Part shown: in pieces, positions 57,356 to 64,000 of the stretch
Layout: every line of letters starts with the position of its first letter
How positions within the stretch are numbered: the stretch's first letter is position 1
Origin: Verrucomicrobiota bacterium
GTDB lineage: Bacteria > Verrucomicrobiota > Verrucomicrobiia > Chthoniobacterales > UBA6821
DNA: 64,000 bases
Assembly (NCBI GenBank): GCA_008933015.1
Contig: WBXH01000001.1
Span: forward strand, 3,576-67,575
Direction of reading: 5' to 3'
Translations under genes and position numbers: made by a program
Notes under the pieces: generated by a model
The model's database searches: none
Told to the model about the DNA's origin: nothing
Seen by the model: only the letters and a program-made list of their open reading frames with translations

Positions 57356-58380
57356 AGGGTCTGCGAAAGGAGTGCTTCAGAAAGCAGCAGAAAAGTTCCC
57401 AGCAAGATGCAAAAGGGGAAGAGGTCTCGATAATCCGCACTCTTGTCGACTTGGATCTTGGTCTTCTCCAGTCGATCGATCTCGTGGAATGTATTACCCA
57501 TGGAGGCCGTGTCGGCAGCTCGGAAATATTTACCATCGGCAAGCTTGGCCACCTGATCGAGGAGTTTCTCGTCAAAATCAAAGACCATGTTCTGGTAGAC
57601 GGTTCGACCAAAAGGATCCTTCAGGGGGACGGGAACTGGGCCGTCACTCCCAGCTCCTATAGTATAGATCTTGATCCCCAGAGCATGTGCTGCCTCGGCA
57701 GCAGTCAAGGGAAGGACCTTGCCGGCATTATTCGCTCCATCGGTCAGAAGAACGATTATCTTGGTCTTTGAATCACGGTCCTTAAGGCGATTTGCGGCGG
57801 ATGCCAAAGCAGAACCGATCGCCGTGCTATCCTCAACCATGCCGATTTGAACGCGGTCCAGATTACTGATAAGCCAGTCGTGATCGAGCGTGAGTGGACT
57901 CACCAGATAAGGCCTTCCGGCAAAAGCGATGATGCCGATCCGGTCGTTGGGTCGTGCCTCAATGAACTGCTGGGTCACTCTCTTCACGGTATCAATCCTA
58001 TTTGCACGCTGACTCCCGATCACATAATCCTCAGCAGTCATCGAACCTGAAACATCCAGCACAAGCATGATATCCACCCCGCTAGCAGTGACATGTTCAA
58101 GCATCCTTCCGAGTTGGGGGCGCGCCAGAGCGATGACAAAAAGCGCCATCGCCACATAAACTAATGAGGCCAATACTGCTCCGGCTTTCGCGCGGCGTTT
58201 TTTCCCGACCGCAACAACGAGCTGGGTGGAGGAGAAGAGGATGCCGGGAGTTCCCCCTATCCTCCCTTTGAGCAACGCAAGGAGGGGAAGACCCATCAGG
58301 GCCAAAAGCATCCAAGGATGAAGGAAGGAAAAGAATATTCCGGAGGCAAGCATCACAGGAAGTTGGAAAATTCCACTCAT
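57337..58380 (-). CDS. BatA-like membrane-anchored vWA domain protein
   Basis: 347 aa. It has the N-terminal HPWMLLAL TM pair, a vWA MIDAS motif (VDIMLVLDVSGSM), and a C-terminal TM segment. Confidence 0.8.
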   Translation of the reverse strand: MSGIFQLPVMLASGIFFSFLHPWMLLALMGLPLLALLKGRIGGTPGILFSSTQLVVAVGKKRRAKAGAVLASLVYVAMALFVIALARPQLGRMLEHVTASGVDIMLVLDVSGSMTAEDYVIGSQRANRIDTVKRVTQQFIEARPNDRIGIIAFAGRPYLVSPLTLDHDWLISNLDRVQIGMVEDSTAIGSALASAANRLKDRDSKTKIIVLLTDGANNAGKVLPLTAAEAAHALGIKIYTIGAGSDGPVPVPLKDPFGRTVYQNMVFDFDEKLLDQVAKLADGKYFRAADTASMGNTFHEIDRLEKTKIQVDKSADYRDLFPFCILLGTFLLLSEALLSQTLWRRLP

Positions 58381-59030
58381 ACACCCTCCTTTTTGGAACT
58401 CTTTGAGAGAATCTCCTGCGGCAATGTTGGCGGGATGGATAAATTGGGTGATTGATCGGACTCAGCTTGGTAAGGTTCCAAAGCTTTCTCACGTCCACTG
58501 AGAACAAATGACTCAGCAGCTTCAATGAGCGCCAAACGTTGCTCCCTAGTCGCCTCCCCGCGGGCATATTTCAAATAATCGGCTTGCTGGAGGAATACGG
58601 AAAGCGCTTCCTGTTCGGCTGGCAGGAAGCGGAGTGATCCCTTCAGCGATGTCAGAAACTCCTCGGTGGTCTGTCTCGGTGCGGCAAGACCCAGAGCTTC
58701 TCCTAGGAATTTCCTCAGAACATCAGAGACTCCCACGCCGAAATCATGGTCGCCCCCCTCGGAAACTTTTTCCCGCAGCCGTAGCAGGGCAGCAAGCGCA
58801 GTCACATCAGGTGTCGGGGCCTTTGTTTTCTTCCTACCCAGGAACCACCAGAGTAGCACCCCTACAAAAGCCACTCCGAGAAAAACAGCGCCAATGATCC
58901 ATAAAGGCCCCGAAAAAAAGGGAAGAGGGCCAATAATGTCGTGGATCGGAGCCGGTGTCGGGGCGCCGATTGCAGTCGATGGAGCCCCTCCAGAGAGGGG
59001 AGCGAAGCTGACTCCGGGTTGCTGGTTCAT
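58377..59030 (-). CDS. DUF4381-like single-pass membrane protein of MoxR/vWA operons
   Basis: 217 aa with a P/A-rich N-terminus, one TM segment (WIIGAVFLGVAFVGVLLWWF), and a helical C-terminus with the D..KYAR motif. It sits in the conserved slot between DUF58 and BatA. Confidence 0.55.
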   Translation of the reverse strand: MNQQPGVSFAPLSGGAPSTAIGAPTPAPIHDIIGPLPFFSGPLWIIGAVFLGVAFVGVLLWWFLGRKKTKAPTPDVTALAALLRLREKVSEGGDHDFGVGVSDVLRKFLGEALGLAAPRQTTEEFLTSLKGSLRFLPAEQEALSVFLQQADYLKYARGEATREQRLALIEAAESFVLSGREKALEPYQAESDQSPNLSIPPTLPQEILSKSSKKEGV

Positions 59031-59911
59031 GATCCAATCCTCCTCCCTCGACGATCGAAGAAACTACGGAGCACAGGGAGGTAATCCTTATCGGTCCTCA
59101 AGGGAAGTGTGTCGATCCTGCGGGCTCCGAAGAGAGAAAACAGTTCCTTGGAGCGCTTTTCAGCCATCTCGGCATATCCTTTGGAAAGAACTCGGCGCGA
59201 GGTATCGACCTCGATCTGTTCACCCGTCTCCGGATCCTCCAACAGGATCACCCCCACGTCGGGTAGCATCTCCTCTGCGGGGTCAATGACCGGGATGGCT
59301 ACCATGTCATGGCGTTTTGCAGAGATGGTCAGGGGCTTGGAAAAATCACCCGTGAGAAAATCGGAGATGAGGAAAACCACGGCGCGCCGGGTAACCACTT
59401 TATTGAGGTATTCAAGGGTTCCCGAAAGATCTGTCCCCTTTCCTTTCGGGCGGAAAAAAAGCATCTCCCTGATCAGCCTTAGGATGTGGAGTCGCCCCTT
59501 CTTGGGAGGGATGAATAGTTCCACCCGGTCGCTGAAGAGAAGAAGGCCAACCTTGTCATTATTGGTGATGGCGCTGAAGGCCAGAATCGCCGCCACTTCG
59601 GCAGCCAGCTCCCTCTTACTCTCCTCCACGCTGCCGAAGTTTCCGGAGGCACTCACATCAAGCACGATCATCACCGTCATTTCACGCTCCTCCGTGAACT
59701 TCTTGATGTAGGGTTCCCCGGTTCTAGCGGTCACATTCCAGTCGATCGCCCTGATTTCATCGCCCGGACTGTAGGGACGGACCTCCTCGAAATTCATCCC
59801 CCTTCCCTTGAACACGCTCTGGTACTGACCGGCAAAGGATGAGGCAACAAGTCGCCGGGTGCGCAGCTCAAGGCGTCGAATCTTACGGAGAATCTCGCGA
59901 GTGTCGTTCAT
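59027..59911 (-). CDS. DUF58 domain protein (vWA-like, MoxR partner)
   Basis: 294 aa. It has G.Y.S.FKGRGM.FEEVR.Y.PGD..R.IDW..TAR followed by a degenerate vWA fold (VLDVSAS). Confidence 0.8.
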   Translation of the reverse strand: MNDTREILRKIRRLELRTRRLVASSFAGQYQSVFKGRGMNFEEVRPYSPGDEIRAIDWNVTARTGEPYIKKFTEEREMTVMIVLDVSASGNFGSVEESKRELAAEVAAILAFSAITNNDKVGLLLFSDRVELFIPPKKGRLHILRLIREMLFFRPKGKGTDLSGTLEYLNKVVTRRAVVFLISDFLTGDFSKPLTISAKRHDMVAIPVIDPAEEMLPDVGVILLEDPETGEQIEVDTSRRVLSKGYAEMAEKRSKELFSLFGARRIDTLPLRTDKDYLPVLRSFFDRRGRRIGS

Positions 59912-59987
59912 CAGTGGAATTGCATCATGCGGCTGCCCGGGATGAGAGGGCGCACACTTGCGTTCCTCTTACCGGAACTCACCTGAT

Positions 59988-60977
59988 TCAGGGAACTTGC
60001 AGCCCCTCAAAGACCCGCTTCACGATATCTTCTGGGGTGATTGATTCCGCCTCGGCTTCATAACTGACAGCGATACGATGGCGCATCACCTCAATACCAA
60101 CGGATTTTACATCGTGGGGGGTGACATAGCCACGACCATTCAGGAAGGCATGTGCTTTCGCGGCAAGTGTCAGATAGATCGTGGCACGGGGCGAAGCTCC
60201 GTAGCGGATCAGACCATCAAGTTTGAGATTGTAGTTGGATGGTTCGCGGGTAGCCCAGACAAGATCGACAATGTAGTCCTTCACCCTGTCATCGACATAG
60301 ATCTCGTTGACGACCTTACGGGCCTCTAGGATCTGCTCCGTGGTGACGAGAGGATCGACCGAAAGCCGGGGAGAGGAGGTCGCCATGGCGTCCAGAATCG
60401 AACGTTCCTCGGTTCGGCTGGGGTAACCGACCACAACCTTGAGCATGAAACGGTCCAACTGGGCCTCGGGAAGCGGATAGGTCCCCTCCTGTTCCAGGGG
60501 GTTTTGCGTTGCAAGTACGAGGAAGGGATCGGGCAGCTTGAACGTCTCGTCGCCGATCGTCACCTGCCGCTCCTGCATCGCTTCAAGGAGCGCGCTCTGA
60601 ACTTTGGCCGGAGCACGATTAATTTCATCAGCCAGGATCAGATTGGCGAAGATCGGCCCCTTCCGGGTCGTAAAGACACCCTCCCGAGGGTTGTAGATCA
60701 AAGTACCGACAAGATCGGCCGGAAGGAGATCAGGAGTGAACTGGATACGGGAAAAAGCTGCATGAATGCAGGAGGAAAGAGTGCGGACTGTCAGTGTCTT
60801 GGCTAGTCCCGGAACTCCCTCCAAGAGGACGTGTCCATTACCAAGGAGACCGATCATAAGACTGCGCACCAATCCCTGCTGCCCAATCACCACACGACTC
60901 ATTTCCTGAGAGAGAGGCTTGACCCAAGTGCTGGTTTCCTGGACGCGGCGGTCTAGTTCTTGAACGGTTGGATTCAT
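59988..60977 (-). CDS. MoxR-family AAA+ ATPase
   Basis: 329 aa. It has Walker A (EGVPGLAKT), Walker B (ILADEINRA), and a lid domain of the MoxR/RavA type. Confidence 0.9.
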   Translation of the reverse strand: MNPTVQELDRRVQETSTWVKPLSQEMSRVVIGQQGLVRSLMIGLLGNGHVLLEGVPGLAKTLTVRTLSSCIHAAFSRIQFTPDLLPADLVGTLIYNPREGVFTTRKGPIFANLILADEINRAPAKVQSALLEAMQERQVTIGDETFKLPDPFLVLATQNPLEQEGTYPLPEAQLDRFMLKVVVGYPSRTEERSILDAMATSSPRLSVDPLVTTEQILEARKVVNEIYVDDRVKDYIVDLVWATREPSNYNLKLDGLIRYGASPRATIYLTLAAKAHAFLNGRGYVTPHDVKSVGIEVMRHRIAVSYEAEAESITPEDIVKRVFEGLQVP

Positions 60978-61090
60978 GGGATGTGAGTCTGTTTGGTTAT
61001 GTTGAAAAAGTGATGACGTTGCTGATACGGGTCAGCGAAAACTGAGACAAGAGAGAATCCTCGTTGTTCAAAAAAAGTTTCAAGACCTGT

Positions 61091-62299
61091 TCAGGATTCG
61101 GAGTGACTCAGGAGAGTCCGAAGTCCGATTGCCCGATCCCGAACGGTCGCACCTTCCCCCAGAAGAGTAAAATGCCCCATTTTGCGCCCTGGCTTGGCCC
61201 CTTTCTTGCCATACAAATGGAGGAAAATACCGGATTCCCTCAGGAGTAACTTCCAATCGGGTTGCCCTGCTTTCCAGAGATCCCCCAGGAGATTAATCAT
61301 TACACCTGGGGAACGAAGCATGACAGGCCCCAAGGGGAGGCCGCAGACAGCCCTGATATGCTGCGCAAACTGGCTGGTCATCGTCGTCTCAAGGGTGTGA
61401 TGCCCTGAGTTATGGGGGCGTGGAGCTAGTTCATTCACGAGTAGACTTCCATCAGCCAAGACAAAGAACTCGACCGTGATAAGGCCTATCACCCCGAGTT
61501 TTTCCGCGATGTCAGAAGCAATCGCACGGGCCTTCGATGCCACCGATTCAGGAAGATTGGCTGGCACGGTGGTGACATCAAGGATGCCGTCGCGATGCAC
61601 ATTCGTCTGGACGGGAAAGCAGAGAGATTCTCCGCTGACTGAACGGGCACAGATCACAGAAGCCTCGGATTGAAAAGCAATCTTCTGCTCAAGCACCGCA
61701 AGCGGTGCGGAAAGTTGTTCCCAGGCTGCAGTGACATCATTGCCGGGTTTCAGACTGATCTGCCCCTTGCCATCGTATCCAAGAGCCGCCGTCTTCAGGA
61801 TCGAATCCCCCCCTAAGGCAGCCAGTGCCTTCTTGAGTTGCAATGCCGAGGTGATCGCTCGGAACGGAGCTACAGCGATTCCCACCGAGAGGAGGAACTC
61901 TTTTTCCCTGATCCGGTCCTGACAGATCAGCACAACCCGGGAGGAGGGCCTGACAGGTTTTCTTTTCTCAAGGAACTCCAGCACGGAAACAGGGATATTT
62001 TCAAATTCAACCGTCACCACGTCGACCTCGCTGGCAAAGCGGACCAGCGCCACCGGATCGTTAAAGGAAGCCGTGATAGCAAGGTCGGCACAGGAGACGG
62101 CAGGCCCCTCGGGCGTCTCATCATAGACCACCACCCGGTATCCAAGACTCTTGGCGGCCATCGCGGACATCCTCCCAAGTTGACCGCTACCGAGAATGCC
62201 CAGCGTTGCACCCGGTAAAAAAGCTCCTGTAATCGAAGGGGTTTTCTCTTTCGGAGTTACCCCCTGTCCGTTATCTATAATGGCTTCGCTTTTTCTCAT
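61091..62299 (-). CDS. purK: N5-carboxyaminoimidazole ribonucleotide synthase
   Basis: 402 aa with an ATP-grasp fold and GILGSGQLGRM near the N-terminus. About 27 extra N-terminal residues are present relative to the usual start. No other in-frame ATG, GTG or TTG start is available. Confidence 0.9.
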   Translation of the reverse strand: MRKSEAIIDNGQGVTPKEKTPSITGAFLPGATLGILGSGQLGRMSAMAAKSLGYRVVVYDETPEGPAVSCADLAITASFNDPVALVRFASEVDVVTVEFENIPVSVLEFLEKRKPVRPSSRVVLICQDRIREKEFLLSVGIAVAPFRAITSALQLKKALAALGGDSILKTAALGYDGKGQISLKPGNDVTAAWEQLSAPLAVLEQKIAFQSEASVICARSVSGESLCFPVQTNVHRDGILDVTTVPANLPESVASKARAIASDIAEKLGVIGLITVEFFVLADGSLLVNELAPRPHNSGHHTLETTMTSQFAQHIRAVCGLPLGPVMLRSPGVMINLLGDLWKAGQPDWKLLLRESGIFLHLYGKKGAKPGRKMGHFTLLGEGATVRDRAIGLRTLLSHSES

Positions 62300-64000
62300 G
62301 GATCGTCTCCTTTATCTGCTGGCACTGGGACTTGTCACACTCATCCGGATTCTTCCCATCACGGTTTGCTTCGTGGCGGGTCAATTCCTCGGACTCTTCA
62401 TATGGGTCATTCTGCCTAGCTACCGCCGTCTCTCCAAACAGAATCTCCGCATAGCTTTCGGTTCCTCAATGAGTGACAGGGAGACCTCCCTCATCACCCT
62501 AAAACATTTTGTGAATCTGGGAGCCAATATCGTCAGTTCCATCAAGATCCCTGCGCTGAGCGAGCAAGAACTACGCTCCCGCCTCGGTTTCGATCAGGAG
62601 CAGAACTGGATCGACTGGGTCGTCGGTGCCAAGGCAGGCGACCATGGCACCGTGGCTGCCCTCAGTCATTTCGGGAACTGGGAGATCAACGCCCAGATCG
62701 CGGAATTCGTGAAACCTCGACAGGCTGGATGTGTCTATCAGGCCCTGCGAAGCCCCCTCATGGATGACTTGGTGAACCGCGACCGCCGCAGCAGGGGGGT
62801 CCACACCTTCGACCGCAAGAAAGAAATGCAGGGAGCCGCTACCCTGCTGAAGGCCGGTGGTGTCGTTGGAGTCTTAACAGATCAGCATGCGGGAAATGCC
62901 GGAATATGGATGCCTCTTTTCGGAAAACTTGCCTCCACCTCCCCGCTCGCCGCAAGCCTTGCCCAGCGGACCGACTCCCTGCTTGTCCAGGTAAGCGTGC
63001 GTACCGTCGGCCTTGCCCGATGGGTTATCCACACCAGCAGTCCGGTACAGACCGAGGGTCGCGGGATTGAAGAGATCACCATGGATCTTAACCATCTTCT
63101 GGAACAAGAGGTCAGGCATTCTCCCTCCGATTGGTTCTGGGTTCACAACCGTTGGAAAACTCCCCATCCCAATTTTTTACTAAAAGAAGCCAAGCGGGGA
63201 GTTTATCTACCGCCAGGTACATCCTCCGGGGATCTCCAACCCTTCCGACTCCTTGTCCGCTCACCAAACTGGCTCGGTGATGCCTGCATGTCCGCACCAT
63301 CGATCCGCGCCTTAAAGGAAGGACGCCCCGACATGCATCTCACGATTCTTTCACCGGCAAAGTTAGCTTCACTCTGGCATGAGATTGCGGAGGTCGATGC
63401 GGTTCTCGAAATTCCGGCCAAGGCCTCACCATTGAGCGTTGCCAAGTTGATCAGGAAATCCGGGCGTTACGACGCAGCCTTCCTCTTACCTAACTCAATC
63501 CGTAGCGCCCTTGAGGTTTGCCTTGCAGGGATTCCCCGTCGAGTTGGCCGAATGATCCACCGAGGTGGCAAACTCATCAATCAGCGGATGACGGGCAAGC
63601 ATCAACGCCACCCCACAATTCATCAATCCGAGGACCTGCTTGCCATCGTCCGCCAGTTGGGGGGATCAGCACCAACACCACGGACAATCCGCTCCAGCGG
63701 TTCGGATTGTGTTAATAAAAAACACGTATCGAACATGACTCCCCGTATCGGACTCTGTCCAGGTGCCGAGTATGGATCAGCCAAGCGTTGGCCCTTGGAG
63801 CGCTACCGATCCGTCATTGAGGACATTTCAAAGGATCACGACATCACGTGGGTCATCGTGGGAACGATCAAAGACGAGCCATTTGGTGCAGAACTGGCAC
63901 GCAATTTCTCCGGCAAGGTGGAAAATCTCTGCGGCAAGACCACCCTTTCCGAACTCATCGTAGAGCTGAAAAAATTCCAACTCCTGCTGACCAACGATAC
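62298..64000 (+). CDS. fusion of a lipid A late acyltransferase (LpxL/HtrB family) with a GT9 ADP-heptose:LPS heptosyltransferase (WaaF/WaaC-like); 3' end truncated by the window edge
   Basis: This ORF is not in the supplied track because it has no stop before nt 64000. My hand translation of frame 62298 gives 567 codons without a stop. The N-terminal part has a TM anchor, the acyltransferase motif SHFGNWE, GVLTDQ, and SDWFWVHNRWK. From about nt 63244 it is GT9 (FRLLVRSPNWLGDACMSAPSIRAL, GLCPGAEYGSAKRWP, LLLTNDT). Confidence 0.8.
   Translation, partial: MDRLLYLLALGLVTLIRILPITVCFVAGQFLGLFIWVILPSYRRLSKQNLRIAFGSSMSDRETSLITLKHFVNLGANIVSSIKIPALSEQELRSRLGFDQEQNWIDWVVGAKAGDHGTVAALSHFGNWEINAQIAEFVKPRQAGCVYQALRSPLMDDLVNRDRRSRGVHTFDRKKEMQGAATLLKAGGVVGVLTDQHAGNAGIWMPLFGKLASTSPLAASLAQRTDSLLVQVSVRTVGLARWVIHTSSPVQTEGRGIEEITMDLNHLLEQEVRHSPSDWFWVHNRWKTPHPNFLLKEAKRGVYLPPGTSSGDLQPFRLLVRSPNWLGDACMSAPSIRALKEGRPDMHLTILSPAKLASLWHEIAEVDAVLEIPAKASPLSVAKLIRKSGRYDAAFLLPNSIRSALEVCLAGIPRRVGRMIHRGGKLINQRMTGKHQRHPTIHQSEDLLAIVRQLGGSAPTPRTIRSSGSDCVNKKHVSNMTPRIGLCPGAEYGSAKRWPLERYRSVIEDISKDHDITWVIVGTIKDEPFGAELARNFSGKVENLCGKTTLSELIVELKKFQLLLTND

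Noticed and set aside
1-64000. A search by eye for CRISPR arrays, tRNA/rRNA genes, IS elements, integrases, prophage genes, or toxin-antitoxin and defence modules.
   Set aside because: I noticed no regularly spaced direct repeats, no tRNA cloverleaf candidates in the intergenic regions, and no transposase, integrase or nuclease-helicase-type ORFs. The intergenic space is small and is accounted for by promoters, leaders, rnpB and terminators.

Overview
The window is almost entirely core chromosome. By gene content it looks like a PVC-type, Verrucomicrobia-like Gram-negative, but this taxonomy is an inference and was not computed. I saw no transposase, integrase, CRISPR array, toxin-antitoxin pair or defence island.

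Gene order:
- rplY(ctc)-prs (-)
- an L,D-transpeptidase and aroB (+)
- rho (-) with a long leader
- a UPF0173 hydrolase (-)
- malQ, an HU/IHF-like gene and a double-length uvrA (+)
- RNase P RNA (+, missing from the ORF track)
- osmC (+)
- a roughly 30 kb minus-strand block: smr-like, clpB, then a complete dcw cluster (mraZ-rsmH-ftsL-ftsI-murE-murF-mraY-murD-LysM-ftsW-murG-murC/B-ddl-ftsQ-ftsA-ftsZ, listed in transcription order), gyrA, and lpxD-skp-bamA
- a small mixed set: HAD hydrolase, secreted protein, Tat-signal aldo-keto reductase, GT2, mazG, rhomboid-like protein, DUF2721 protein
- pckG (+)
- a seven-gene MoxR/DUF58/vWA 'Bat' aerotolerance-type operon (-)
- purK (-)
- an open-ended + strand ORF running off the window, also missing from the ORF track

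I did not find a clear-cut new multi-gene system. The unusual signals are architectural changes in core machinery:
1. The dcw-encoded FtsZ has degenerate GTP-binding and T7 motifs but an intact C-terminal FtsA-binding peptide.
2. A bitopic LysM protein sits between murD and ftsW, with an FtsN-like layout.
3. UvrA is a 1870-aa head-to-tail tandem.
4. MurC and MurB are fused.
5. A lipid A late acyltransferase and a GT9 heptosyltransferase are fused, and the ORF start codon overlaps the divergent purK start.
6. Four phased GTGGN boxes, likely the MraZ operator, lie upstream of mraZ.
7. Rho has its N-terminal helix bundle replaced by an RG/Q/P-rich disordered segment.
8. A rhomboid homolog lacks the catalytic Ser/His/Asn.

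All functional calls come from reading motifs in the supplied translations and the DNA. No database search was run.
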